This document shows, one piece after another, positions 45,164 to 54,910 of a stretch of DNA of 64,000 nt; positions within the stretch are counted from its first letter, which is position 1; every line of letters starts with the position of its first letter. The position numbers were made by a program, and so were the translations under genes. Source of the stretch: Candidatus Sulfopaludibacter sp. SbA3. Lineage in GTDB: Bacteria > Acidobacteriota > Terriglobia > Bryobacterales > Bryobacteraceae. The notes under the pieces are model-generated. The model made no database searches. It saw only the letters and a list, made by a program, of their open reading frames with translations, and had not been told where the DNA came from. The DNA lies in contig CAMDCN010000004.1 of NCBI GenBank assembly GCA_945890485.1, positions 353,813-417,812 on the forward strand, read 5' to 3'.

Positions 45164-46300
45164 ATGCGCAATCGGCTTTTCCTGCTCGCGTTCGTTTTTT
45201 CCTTGTCGTTCTCTGTCGTCTGGAGTCAGCAAGGCCCTGGGCCCATCGGATCGGAGACCAAGGCGAAGCCGCGCAAGAAATCGGGAGACGGCACCGCCGC
45301 ACCCGAACCGGAGCAGGAAAAGGTCGAGTCGAAGTTCAAGAAGAAGGAAGGCGATCAACTGCCGGAGGGGCTACCGACCTTCAAGAGCGACGTCGCCACT
45401 GTGAGCGTGGACGTAGCGGTGCTCGACAAGAACGGCCGCTTCATTCCAGGAATTCCGCGGGGGAACTTCCGGATTCTTGAGGACGGGGTGCCGCAGAACC
45501 TTGGCGGCTTCACGATGGGCGAAGCGCCGATGACCGTCTGTCTCGTCATCGAATTCTCGAATTTGTACCAACAGTATTGGAGTTCAGGTTGGTATGAAAC
45601 GCTGCAGGCCTCTTACGGCTTCTTAGAGACACTGAAGCCGGAAGACTACGTCGCCGTGGTCGCCTACGATCTGCGGAGTGAGATCCTCAGCGATTTTTCG
45701 ACCGACAAGCGGAAGGCCTATGAAGCGATGCAACGCCTCCGCATCGCCGCCTACAGCGAAAGCAACCTTTATGACGCGCTCACTGATACCGCCGACCGCA
45801 TGTCCACGATTGAAGGCCGCAAGGCCATCGTCGTCATTGCGAGCGGTATTGATACGTTCTCGAAGCTCACCTTCGACAAAACACGCAAGTCGCTGCAACA
45901 GAGCGGTGTACCGATCTACGCCATCGGCATCATGCAGGCACTGCGTGAATGGATGGACTCCCGCGGCTACATGGGCTCAATCCAGCGCCTCGACTTCCTG
46001 CAGGCCGACAATCAGATGCGCACCTTTGCCCGGGAGACCGGCGGCCAGGCGTACTTCCCGCGGTTCTTTGGCGAGTTTCCGAATATTTATCGCCAGATCC
46101 ACGAAGCACTCCGCAGCCAATACGCGATTACGTACGCGCCGACGAACCAGGCCAAGGATGGCAAGTTCCGGAAAATCACCGTGCAACTCGTCAACCCGGC
46201 CACCAACGAACCCCTGCGTATCGTCGATGAGAAGGGCAAGCCGATGAAGTACACCATCATCGCCAAGCCCGGCTACAACGCCCCGAAAGAAGTCGAATAG
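45164..46300 (+). CDS. VWA domain-containing protein (acidobacterial VWFA-related type)
   Basis: Signal peptide from ATG 45164 (MRNRLFLLAFVFSL). The motif FKSDVATVSVDVAVLDKNGRFIPGI...FRILEDGVPQ is typical of the TIGR03436-type family. Confidence 0.8.
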   Translation: MRNRLFLLAFVFSLSFSVVWSQQGPGPIGSETKAKPRKKSGDGTAAPEPEQEKVESKFKKKEGDQLPEGLPTFKSDVATVSVDVAVLDKNGRFIPGIPRGNFRILEDGVPQNLGGFTMGEAPMTVCLVIEFSNLYQQYWSSGWYETLQASYGFLETLKPEDYVAVVAYDLRSEILSDFSTDKRKAYEAMQRLRIAAYSESNLYDALTDTADRMSTIEGRKAIVVIASGIDTFSKLTFDKTRKSLQQSGVPIYAIGIMQALREWMDSRGYMGSIQRLDFLQADNQMRTFARETGGQAYFPRFFGEFPNIYRQIHEALRSQYAITYAPTNQAKDGKFRKITVQLVNPATNEPLRIVDEKGKPMKYTIIAKPGYNAPKEVE

Positions 46301-46395
46301 TCAAGCGAAACATCTGTTGCGTTTTGATGCCGATAGAAGTTCGTTGACACTGCGTTTACGCGTCTGTTACCTTCGCATGGTCCTTAGTCCCTTCA

Positions 46396-46851
46396 ATGAA
46401 GTTGAAAGCTGAAAGCACGCTTCCAGTGGCAGCCCGATTGTTACTGGTCGACGACAACCCCTCCGGTTTGGCGGCACGCAAGATGGTTCTGACCGAACTG
46501 GGCTACGAGATCACTACCGCGAACAATGCTGAAAGAGCCTTAGAGTTATTCCAACAGAGTCTGTTCCCGTTGGTGGTCACAGACTACAAGATGCCCGGCA
46601 AAAACGGCGTCGAACTGATCCGAGCAATTCGGGAAGTCGCTCCGCAAACGCGCATAGTTCTGATTTCCGGCTTCGTCGATGCGATGGGAATAACGGAAGA
46701 GAACAGCGGCGCCGACGCTGTGATTATGAAGAGCGCCAACGAGGTTCTGCAGCTCGTCCGCGCTGTGAACCGGCTGAGCAAGCGCACCGCGGCCAAGCAG
46801 CCCGCCCGCGCGAAAAGCGTCCAGAAACTGAAGAAATCAGCCGGGTCCTGA
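46396..46851 (+). CDS. single-domain response regulator
   Basis: REC motifs LLVDDN, VVTDYKMPGKNG and a conserved Lys region. There is no output domain. Confidence 0.85.
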   Translation: MKLKAESTLPVAARLLLVDDNPSGLAARKMVLTELGYEITTANNAERALELFQQSLFPLVVTDYKMPGKNGVELIRAIREVAPQTRIVLISGFVDAMGITEENSGADAVIMKSANEVLQLVRAVNRLSKRTAAKQPARAKSVQKLKKSAGS

Positions 46852-46855
46852 TAGC

Positions 46856-48556
46856 ATGGGCAAGATGCCTCTCTGGCGCCTTGCCCTTTTGCTTTGTGCC
46901 GCCACTGCGCTGGCTGCACCGCCCGCGAAGAAGACCACCGCCGTCGGCCCTGTTCAACGGTGGATGAAAGCATTGACGCCCCGCCAGCGCGTGGCGCAAT
47001 TGGTGATCATCAAGAGCGTTGGCAGCCTACCCGCTACCCGCTCCCGCGCCTATCGCGCTTTTGTGAAATCGGTGCAGGCGGACGGGGTAGGCGGGATCAT
47101 CGTCAACAACCGCGTCGGTCGCGCCGGGGCCATCAACGCAGAGCCGTTCGAAATGGTGACGTTTCTGAACCGGATGCAAAAGCTGGCCAAAATACCACTG
47201 CTGATTGGCGGCGATTTTGAGCGTGGCGCATCGATGCGCGTAGCCGGGACGGTCAAGTATCCGCACTCGATGGCATTCGCCGCCACCGGGACCACCGAGT
47301 ACTCCCGGTACTTAGGACTGGCGACGGCCCGAGAGGCCCGGGCGCTGGGTGTGCACTGGGTTTATGCGCCGGATGCGGACGTGAATAACAATCCGGAGAA
47401 TCCGATTATTAATATTCGCTCCTACGGCGAAGATCCCGAGTTAGTCGCGCAACATGTGAAGGCTTACATTGAAGGCGCCAAAAGCGACCCCGCGAATCCG
47501 GTATTGGTCACGCTGAAACATTTCCCGGGCCACGGCGATACGGCGGTCGATTCGCACGCCGGGATGCCCAAGCTCGACGTGGACCGCATCCGGCTCGACC
47601 GTGTGGAGCTCGTGCCTTTCCGGGCAGGGATTGCGGCCGGCGTGGATAGCGTAATGACGGCTCACATCGCGCTTCCGGCGGTGGACCCGACCGGTGTGCC
47701 GGCGACGATCTCGAAGCCTGTCATCACGGGGCTCCTACGCGGAGAACTCGGTTTTCAGGGCATCGTGTCAACGGACGCCATGGATATGGCCGGGTTGGCG
47801 GCGCAGTACTCAGCCGGCGAGGCCGCGGTGCGGGCGATTGAGGCTGGCGTGGATGTTTTGCTGATCCCAGCCAATCCGGAGGCGGCGATCAACGGCGTGA
47901 TGGCGGCGATCCGCAGCGGAAGGCTTACCCAGGCTCGGGTGGATGCGAGCGTGCGGAAGGTGTTGGCGGCGAAGTTGAGGTTGGGGCTCGACAAGAGCCG
48001 GTACGTTCTGGCGGAAAGACTTCCGGACGCGCTCGATGCCCCGGGCGCGGCGGAGAAGGCGCTGGAGGTAGCCAGCAAGGCGGTGACCCTGGTACGGAAC
48101 AAAGCCGGATTGCTGCCCCTGGCCAAGGACGCCAAAGCCTGTGTGCTACTACTCGCCGAGCGAAAGGGTAACGCCAACGGACAGGCTTTTCTCGACGAGA
48201 TGGCCGCACGCGCACCGAAGATACCGGTCCTGTTGGTGGACCCGCAGACACCGGCCATCGCGCCACCCGAAGGCTGCGAGACAGTCGTACTCGGGGCCTA
48301 CGCGCAGATTGGCGGCTACGGCGAACGCAACGCGCCGCTGCCCGGGGCGTATCCGGAGCTGGTGAACGATCTGGTGAAGTCCGGCAAGCCGCTGATCCTG
48401 ATCGGGTTGGGCAATCCGTACATGATCCGCGCATTTCCCGAGGTCACGACCTACTTCACCACCTACAGCCCCGCGCCGACCAGCGAAACGGCGGCGGTGC
48501 GGGCTCTGTTCGGCGATACGCCGATGACGGGCAAAAAAGTGGTAACTGTGGAGTGA
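46856..48556 (+). CDS. glycoside hydrolase family 3 protein (NagZ/beta-hexosaminidase-like, secreted)
   Basis: Signal peptide and GH3 N-domain motifs (KHFPGHGDT, STDAMDM). Confidence 0.9.
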   Translation: MGKMPLWRLALLLCAATALAAPPAKKTTAVGPVQRWMKALTPRQRVAQLVIIKSVGSLPATRSRAYRAFVKSVQADGVGGIIVNNRVGRAGAINAEPFEMVTFLNRMQKLAKIPLLIGGDFERGASMRVAGTVKYPHSMAFAATGTTEYSRYLGLATAREARALGVHWVYAPDADVNNNPENPIINIRSYGEDPELVAQHVKAYIEGAKSDPANPVLVTLKHFPGHGDTAVDSHAGMPKLDVDRIRLDRVELVPFRAGIAAGVDSVMTAHIALPAVDPTGVPATISKPVITGLLRGELGFQGIVSTDAMDMAGLAAQYSAGEAAVRAIEAGVDVLLIPANPEAAINGVMAAIRSGRLTQARVDASVRKVLAAKLRLGLDKSRYVLAERLPDALDAPGAAEKALEVASKAVTLVRNKAGLLPLAKDAKACVLLLAERKGNANGQAFLDEMAARAPKIPVLLVDPQTPAIAPPEGCETVVLGAYAQIGGYGERNAPLPGAYPELVNDLVKSGKPLILIGLGNPYMIRAFPEVTTYFTTYSPAPTSETAAVRALFGDTPMTGKKVVTVE

Positions 48557-49245
48557 TGCCCCAAATTACCTGGCTTGGCCATTCCACTTTTTCTCTGACG
48601 CTCGCTACGGGAGAAGTCATCGTGATTGACCCGTTTATTGCGGGTAACCCCAGCTTTCCAACGGGCTACGAGTTCTCGCGCGTCGATACGATCCTGGTCA
48701 CCCACGGACACGGCGACCATTTGAGCGGAGTGCAGGGGCTGGCGGAACGCTTTGCACCGCGCGTGGTGGCCAACTACGAGATCTGCAATTGGCTTGGAGC
48801 CAAAGGCGTTCAAAACACGATTCCCATGAACTTCGGAGGGACAATGCTCGTGGGTGGAGTCGCGGTAACGATGACCCCGGCCGTGCATTCGAGCGCGATT
48901 GAGGAGCCGGACGGCCGCAACGTCTACGGCGGCAATCCGGGCGGCTACGTCATCCGGTTCGACGACGGCCGGGCGGCTTATTTCGCTGGCGATACCGACG
49001 TGTTTGGCGATATGGCGCTGATCCGCGAACTGCACGCGCCGGACTTGGTCGTCCTCCCGATCGGCGACGTTTACACGATGAGCCCGCGCGCAGCCGCCGT
49101 TGCCGCCCGGCTGCTGCAGCCGAAGGTGATCATCCCTGCCCACTACGGGACGTTCCCGGTATTGACCGGGACGCCCGCACAGTTGCAGGCACTGGTCGAA
49201 GCTACCGTTTGGGTGCTCGAACCGGGCGTGCCGGTTACTTGGTAG
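48556..49245 (+). CDS. UPF0173-type metal-dependent hydrolase (MBL fold)
   Basis: MPQITWLGHSTF N-terminus and the HGHGDH motif. The ATG overlaps the GH3 stop (TGATG). Confidence 0.85.
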   Translation: MPQITWLGHSTFSLTLATGEVIVIDPFIAGNPSFPTGYEFSRVDTILVTHGHGDHLSGVQGLAERFAPRVVANYEICNWLGAKGVQNTIPMNFGGTMLVGGVAVTMTPAVHSSAIEEPDGRNVYGGNPGGYVIRFDDGRAAYFAGDTDVFGDMALIRELHAPDLVVLPIGDVYTMSPRAAAVAARLLQPKVIIPAHYGTFPVLTGTPAQLQALVEATVWVLEPGVPVTW

Positions 49246-49855
49246 CCTTCGCCTCTTTCAGGCGCATATTCCGGAACTCGACCTTCATGTCGGGTCCCTG
49301 GTGGAGTTGAATGGCCAGAACGCCAGCGAGCTTGGAGCTATCCTTCAGCTCGCTGGTCACTTGCCCGTTGATCTTGATGACGATGTTCTCGCCGATAGCG
49401 GACAGCTCGATCTGATTCCAGTCGTCCTTCTTATAGAACTTCTCGCCCTTTCCCTTCCAGCCGTTTACGATCACGCCGCGCTTACCCTTCTCGTCATAGA
49501 TGGAGCCGGTCCAGTTGTCGTACGCGATGTCGGCTTGCAAGCCCTGCACGACATACTCCGGCATTTCCGTGCTCCGGAATTGAATGCCGGAGTTGTGATT
49601 CCGTAGCTTGAATTCAGCGCGCAACACGAAGTCGCCATACTCGCGCTCGGAGATCAGAAAGGTGTTCTTGCTGATTTTGACGCCATCGGTGGAGCCGATG
49701 AGCACGCCCTTCTCGATTTTCCAAAGGCGGGAGTCGCCCTTCCATCCTTTCAGCGATTTGTTCAGGACCGATTTAAATCCTTCCTTCTTTTCAGCCTTGT
49801 CGGCTTGGGCAAAGAGAGCGGTGCAGGCGAGGAGAAGCAGAGTTGCGCGTTTCAC
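49235..49855 (-). CDS. DUF1080 (3-keto-disaccharide hydrolase-like) domain protein
   Basis: Motifs W...W.ve.GvL, NSGIQFR and EIQL-type (LAIQLH). I placed the start at GTG 49855, which gives a clean signal peptide (KRATLLLLACTALFAQA). Confidence 0.78.
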   Translation of the reverse strand: MKRATLLLLACTALFAQADKAEKKEGFKSVLNKSLKGWKGDSRLWKIEKGVLIGSTDGVKISKNTFLISEREYGDFVLRAEFKLRNHNSGIQFRSTEMPEYVVQGLQADIAYDNWTGSIYDEKGKRGVIVNGWKGKGEKFYKKDDWNQIELSAIGENIVIKINGQVTSELKDSSKLAGVLAIQLHQGPDMKVEFRNMRLKEAKATK

Positions 49856-49910
49856 AGCATAAATCCTATCATCAAGAGCATTGAGCCGCGCCAAAATCTC
49901 CCCCTGGGAG

Positions 49911-51188
49911 ATGATCCAGAATCCCCTGCGCTACTTCGCGCACCTTGCCGACTCAAAAGGTCCGCGGGCCCATTTGAAATTGGGCAACCGGCATTTTTAT
50001 CTGCTCAACGATCCAGAGCTAATCCGGGACCTGTTGATTACGCAGGGTGCGGCGTTTGAAAAGTTCCCTCGCATCGAGCGCACCAAGGGCCTGTTTGGCG
50101 AAGGGTTGCTAACCAGCGAGGACCCGCTTCACCTTCGGCAACGGCGGCTGATGCAGCCAGCGTTTCAACGGGAGCGAATCGCCGACTACGGCCGCATGAT
50201 GACGCGCTGCACGCAGGCGCTGATGGCCGATTGGCGAGACGGCCAGGAGCTTGAAGCCACAGAGGCCATGAGCCAACTGACGCTTGAAATCGTCGCGCGG
50301 AGCCTGTTCACTACCGAAGCGGGAGACAAGGCCGCGATGATTGCGCATGAGCTGGAAGTGGTCCTGAAGATGCTCAACCAGCTCGTGATGCCATGGGGCC
50401 CATTGCTGCTCGGGCTCCCCCTGCCCGCCAGCCTGCGCTACCGGGCCGCTCTGCGAAAGCTGGACGAGATCGTCTACGGCGTAATCGACGCGCGCATCGC
50501 CAGTGGAGAAGAGCGCGACGACCTTCTCGGCATGTTGCTGAGCGCCCGGGACGCCGAAACCGGAGAGAGGATGGACCGGCTCCAAATCCGCGACGAGGTG
50601 ATGACCATCTTCGTCGCCGGCCATGAGACGGCGGCCAATGCCCTGGCCTGGACGCTCTACCTGTTGGCCGAAAACCCCGGCGCCCGAGAACAGATGGAGG
50701 AAGAGCTGGACCAGGTGCTGGGCGGGCGGCTACCCGGTCCCGAGGACTACCCCAATCTGCCATTCTGCCAACGCGTGTTTCAAGAGTCCATGCGGATGTA
50801 TCCGCCGGTTTGGATTCTGGGGCGGCGAGCGCTTGACTCCTACACTTGTAATGATTTCACGGCACCCAAAGGTTCGATCCTACTGGTCTGCATGGCCGTT
50901 CTCCACCGGCGGGAGGAGTTTTTCCCGGAGCCGGACCGGTTTCTGCCGAACCGCTGGCTTAATTCGACAGCGCCGAAGTTCGCCTATCTGCCGTTTGGGG
51001 GCGGCGGACGGCTTTGCATCGGCGAACGGTACGCCTGGATGGAAGGGGTTCTTTGCCTAGCCAACCTGGCGCAGCGCTACCGGTTGGACCTTCTGCCGGG
51101 AAACCAGGTGGAGCCGCTGGGGCTCCTCACGCTCCGGCCGAAGCATGGTCTGCGGATGCGGGTAAGCGCTCGGGTCCAACAGCGCTAG
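49911..51188 (+). CDS. cytochrome P450
   Basis: Haem-binding FGGGGRLCIGERYA, the ExxR motif (ESMR) and I-helix AGHETAA. I preferred the ATG 49911 start over TTG 49881. Confidence 0.9.
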   Translation: MIQNPLRYFAHLADSKGPRAHLKLGNRHFYLLNDPELIRDLLITQGAAFEKFPRIERTKGLFGEGLLTSEDPLHLRQRRLMQPAFQRERIADYGRMMTRCTQALMADWRDGQELEATEAMSQLTLEIVARSLFTTEAGDKAAMIAHELEVVLKMLNQLVMPWGPLLLGLPLPASLRYRAALRKLDEIVYGVIDARIASGEERDDLLGMLLSARDAETGERMDRLQIRDEVMTIFVAGHETAANALAWTLYLLAENPGAREQMEEELDQVLGGRLPGPEDYPNLPFCQRVFQESMRMYPPVWILGRRALDSYTCNDFTAPKGSILLVCMAVLHRREEFFPEPDRFLPNRWLNSTAPKFAYLPFGGGGRLCIGERYAWMEGVLCLANLAQRYRLDLLPGNQVEPLGLLTLRPKHGLRMRVSARVQQR

Positions 51189-51407
51189 AGCGGGCGCCGG
51201 CGGGTTCGGAGATCCCAGCTCGCGCAGGGCCCGATAATAGGAGCGCTCGGCCGATTCGACATGCCGCTGCGCGCATTCAAAGGCAGCACCGAGGGAAGCG
51301 TTCTCGGGACTGGCGGCAAAGCGTTGGAAGAGGGTCGTTTCCAGGCGTTGAGCCCGCTCGAGACGGGCCTGAGCGATCGCAATCTGGCAGGAAAAAGATT
51401 GTTTCAT
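51057..51407 (-). CDS. doubtful hypothetical ORF
   Basis: The first about 65 codons are helical-looking and lie in the gap after the P450 gene. The remaining about 44 codons are antisense to the P450 3' end. No family recognised. Confidence 0.2.
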   Translation of the reverse strand: MKQSFSCQIAIAQARLERAQRLETTLFQRFAASPENASLGAAFECAQRHVESAERSYYRALRELGSPNPPAPALALLDPSAYPHPQTMLRPEREEPQRLHLVSRQKVQPVALRQVG

Positions 51408-51573
51408 GGCTTCACCGTACTGCGGGTCGTGAGTCCAAGCGGAACCAGCCTGCTTGCAAACATCTGATAAGAAATGAGAAATAAATCCGAACCGTGTCGT
51501 ACCAGGGGGTTTAGTACTGCGTTGGCGTTGGTACTTGGGAGGGAGTTCTAGCCTTCCGGTAACGTTGTCGAGA

Positions 51574-51906
51574 ATGGGGGCGCGAGATAGGCTTTGTGAA
51601 GAGGAATCCGGCTTGATTCAGCTCATTTACCAATACTCTTACCTGCAGATGCTCGACTTCCTGACCACCGTGGCCTTTCTGCTGAATGGAGTGGAAGAGG
51701 GCAACCCCTTGGTGCGCTGGGCGATCGTGGCTGCGCCTTCGCCATTATTGGGCTTGCTGATGGTGAAAGTGCTGGCCGTTGGTTTGGGCGTTTATTGCTG
51801 GCAGACGGGGAAACTACGACTCTTGTCGAAGATTAACGTCGGGTTCGCGATATTGATTGCTTGGAACCTGGTTTCGCTGATCCTCAAGTCGTCGTACCAA
51901 GCCTAA
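51574..51906 (+). CDS. DUF5658 family membrane protein
   Basis: YLQMLDFLTTVAFLLNGVEEGNPL motif and three to four TM helices. The start is set at ATG 51574. Confidence 0.6.
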   Translation: MGARDRLCEEESGLIQLIYQYSYLQMLDFLTTVAFLLNGVEEGNPLVRWAIVAAPSPLLGLLMVKVLAVGLGVYCWQTGKLRLLSKINVGFAILIAWNLVSLILKSSYQA

Positions 51907-51956
51907 GCGTACATCACGCATGGACAAGCGTACCTCTTTCACTGTACGCTTTCCGT

Positions 51957-52184
51957 ATGAAGGCTACCGACTTACGGAAAAATCTCTTTCAGAACCTCGA
52001 TCACGCCCTGCAGGGGCAGGTCGTCCTGATCGAATATAAGGGACGGAAGCTGGAAATCTCGGCTCCGGCGGGTGTCAGCAAACTGAGCCGGGCTGTCGTG
52101 CGGGACGCCATCGTGGGAGACGCGGATAGTCTAATCCGGTCCGAGTGGGACGAATCCCAATGGAAAGAGAGCGATCGGCTTTGA
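51957..52184 (+). CDS. Phd/YefM-like type II antitoxin
   Basis: 75 aa with N-terminus MKATDLRKNLFQNLDHALQGQVVLIEYKGRKLEI. Its stop TGA overlaps the TTG of the PIN gene (TTGA). Confidence 0.7.
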   Translation: MKATDLRKNLFQNLDHALQGQVVLIEYKGRKLEISAPAGVSKLSRAVVRDAIVGDADSLIRSEWDESQWKESDRL

Positions 52185-52564
52185 GCGTCGCCTATCTCGA
52201 TACTCACGTCGCGCTATGGCTTCACGATGGACTGGTGCAGAAGCTCACCAAAGCGGCGCGGCAGGAGATCGAGCGAAGCGCCCTGCTGCTTTCCCCGATG
52301 AGCTATTTGGAATTCGACTACCTCCATCGCCGGGGGCGAATTCGCTATCCGGCAGCGGAGGTGTTCGCAAATCTGAGCACGACCTTCGGCGTCACGCTGT
52401 GCGAATTCCCCTTCCCCGCTGTCGCTGGGATGGGCACGACAATTGGCTGGACACAAGATCCATTTCGCCGGCTCATCGTCGCGCAGGCGAAGGCCAACCA
52501 GAATTCACCGTTGATAACCGCCGACGAAATGATTCGCGAGAACTATCCACCGGCGGTCTGGTAG
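52181..52564 (+). CDS. PIN domain (VapC-like) toxin
   Basis: YLDTHVALW N-terminal acidic motif and the conserved DPFRRLIVAQA (DPFDR-like) and ITAD motifs. ATG 52160 is an alternative start. Confidence 0.75.
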   Translation: MSVAYLDTHVALWLHDGLVQKLTKAARQEIERSALLLSPMSYLEFDYLHRRGRIRYPAAEVFANLSTTFGVTLCEFPFPAVAGMGTTIGWTQDPFRRLIVAQAKANQNSPLITADEMIRENYPPAVW

Positions 52565-52568
52565 CGGC

Positions 52569-53306
52569 CTAGCGCGACGTGCTGGCGCTCTCCGCCGCGG
52601 GTTCTGGCGACGAGGATGCAACGCCACCGCTTTCGTTGAAGCTGTAGCCAAAGCCACGGACGCTGCGAATGTACAACGGGTTCGTCGGATCCGTTTCCAC
52701 CTTCTGGCGTAGGCGGAGAACGTAGACGTCGACAGTACGGTCCGTCACAGCGCGATCGTGGCCCCACACCGCATTCAGCAACTGTTCCCGGCTGAAGACC
52801 ACGCCGGGGCGGGACATCAGGAATTCGAGCAGACGGAACTCCGTTGCCGTCAGCGTCAGTTCTTCGCCGCCGAGGTAGACCCGGCAAGAGTTACGGTCGA
52901 GTTCGAGCGCCCCGGCCTTGAGCGAGCGGGCCGGCTGGGCTTGACCACGGAACTGGATTTTTATGCGGGCAATGAGCTCCCGGACAAAGAAGGGCTTCAC
53001 GATGTAGTCATTGGCCCCGAGTTCGAGGCCGACAATCCGATCCGTCTCCGTGGCCCGCGCGGTGAGAAAGATCACCGGGATGTTGGCCAGCTCCGGATGG
53101 CTGCGGATGGCCTTGCAAATCTCCAGGCCGTCCGAATCGGGCAGCATGATATCGAGAATTACGAGGTCCGGCCGCTCCCGCTTACAAAGGTCGAGGGCGC
53201 CCTTGCCAGTCTGCGAACCCGCGAAAAAGTATCCTTCCTTTTCGAGGTTGTATTTCAGCAGCGCAAATAAATCCGCATCGTCTTCGATGAGCACAATCTT
53301 TTTCAT
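52569..53306 (-). CDS. OmpR/PhoB family response regulator
   Basis: REC domain (IEDD, ILDIMLPDSDG, KPF) plus a winged-helix Trans_reg_C domain (LTATEFRLLEFL...VDVYVLRLRQK). Confidence 0.92.
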   Translation of the reverse strand: MKKIVLIEDDADLFALLKYNLEKEGYFFAGSQTGKGALDLCKRERPDLVILDIMLPDSDGLEICKAIRSHPELANIPVIFLTARATETDRIVGLELGANDYIVKPFFVRELIARIKIQFRGQAQPARSLKAGALELDRNSCRVYLGGEELTLTATEFRLLEFLMSRPGVVFSREQLLNAVWGHDRAVTDRTVDVYVLRLRQKVETDPTNPLYIRSVRGFGYSFNESGGVASSSPEPAAESASTSR

Positions 53307-53344
53307 GACTCTTCCAAGCTACTGCGACTACTGTTTCAATCCGA

Positions 53345-54865
53345 TTACGAAACCATTAACTGTGAGCGAATATCGCTCTGTTCACTCATGCCCAGATCGT
53401 CATGAGGCAACGTGAAGGCGAATTCCGAGCCGCTGCCGACCTCACTCGTCACACGGACTTCCCCGCCCTGCGCCCGGACCAGATGCTTCACGATGGCCAA
53501 ACCGAGACCGGTGCCGCCGAGTTCGCGCGAGCGAGCCTTGTCGACCCGATAGAAGCGCTCAAACAAGCGGGGCAGATCCTCCCGCGGAATGCCGATCCCG
53601 GAGTCCTTGACGAAGATCTCGACGAACGGCTGTGGGCTCAACTCGCGCACCCCAACCAAGATAGCGCCGTTCTCCGGGGTATATTTCAAGGCGTTATCGA
53701 CCAGATTCGTCAGAATCTGATTCACGGCTTCCGAATCGCAAAAGGCTTCCGGCCGGGAGGCGCTAGGGGAGAACTGGATGGTGATGTTCTTCTTCCGGGC
53801 GAGCGGGAGCATGGAGTCCACTGTGTTCTGAACCAAATGATCCACGTGATACGAGGCGAACTGGAACTTCTGCTGCTTCAGTTCCACGCGGGAGAGGGTG
53901 AGCAGGTCGGCGGTTAGATTAGCGAGCCGCTCCGCATTCTGCCGGATGATGCCGAGGAAGCGCACGTTGTGATCGGGGTCGTGGATAGCGCCGTCGAGCA
54001 GGGTTTCGGTATATCCCTGAATGGAGGCCAAGGGCGTACGTAATTCGTGAGAGACGTTGATCACGAAGTCTTTCCGGACCCGCTCCAGTTTTTCCAGTTC
54101 GGCGTGCTCGCGTTCCAGCTCTTGGAACATGCCTTCCAGCGTTTCCCCGGTTTCGTTCAGCTTTCGTTCGAGCAGGCCGAGTTCGTCGGTACCTGGCGAG
54201 GCAAGGCGCGCCTGGAAATTGCCCTTCGCCAGTTCGGCCGAGTACTCGATGATCAGACCAAGACGCCGGGAAACCCACCGGGCGAAAAGAGCGGCGAGGA
54301 GGATGGCCGGCAGGAAGGCGATGGCCGTGGAGGCGAGCATCCGGCGACGGATCGCATCGACCTGATTCTGGATTTCCGAGAGCGGGACGGCCAGGCGCAG
54401 CGCACCATCTTTCACCGGCACCGCCACATAAAGGAACGGCACACCCAAAGTGGGGCTCTTGCGACGGACGGAGCCGGCCTGACCGGCCAGCGCACTCTGC
54501 ACTTCGCTTCGGTTGGCGTGGTTTTCCATCTTGTCGGCCGAAGCTTCCGAATCCGCGAGGACACGGCCGTCGCGGGCGATGAGCGTAAGCCGGCCACGCG
54601 CCGCTTCCGCGTACTTCTCGAACTGCACCGGATCAGAAGGCACGGCGATCGCCAGCATCTTGCCCTTGTCAACCAACTCACGTTCGAGGGTTTCGAGATA
54701 GGTCGACTCCGCGACCTTCGAGGCAAAGAAGTCAACGGCCACCAGGGCCACCACCAGCAGGCAGAGCACCGCGCCGATCAATTTAAAGAATATTTTCCCC
54801 GTCAACGGCGAACCGCTCCTTAGCTTCATTGTAGCCGGGGAATCCAAACTCCGAGGTTGGAACAC
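53345..54865 (-). CDS. sensor histidine kinase (PhoR-like architecture: 2 TM, periplasmic domain, HAMP, HisKA, HATPase_c)
   Basis: H-box VSHELRTPLASI and N/G boxes NLVDNALKYT, DSGIGI and GGTGLGLAIV. It lies upstream of its response regulator. Confidence 0.9.
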   Translation of the reverse strand: MFQPRSLDSPATMKLRSGSPLTGKIFFKLIGAVLCLLVVALVAVDFFASKVAESTYLETLERELVDKGKMLAIAVPSDPVQFEKYAEAARGRLTLIARDGRVLADSEASADKMENHANRSEVQSALAGQAGSVRRKSPTLGVPFLYVAVPVKDGALRLAVPLSEIQNQVDAIRRRMLASTAIAFLPAILLAALFARWVSRRLGLIIEYSAELAKGNFQARLASPGTDELGLLERKLNETGETLEGMFQELEREHAELEKLERVRKDFVINVSHELRTPLASIQGYTETLLDGAIHDPDHNVRFLGIIRQNAERLANLTADLLTLSRVELKQQKFQFASYHVDHLVQNTVDSMLPLARKKNITIQFSPSASRPEAFCDSEAVNQILTNLVDNALKYTPENGAILVGVRELSPQPFVEIFVKDSGIGIPREDLPRLFERFYRVDKARSRELGGTGLGLAIVKHLVRAQGGEVRVTSEVGSGSEFAFTLPHDDLGMSEQSDIRSQLMVS

Positions 54866-54910
54866 CGGCGGTTACAGATCTATGAACGAGCCTGAAACAT
54901 TTCGTGAATC

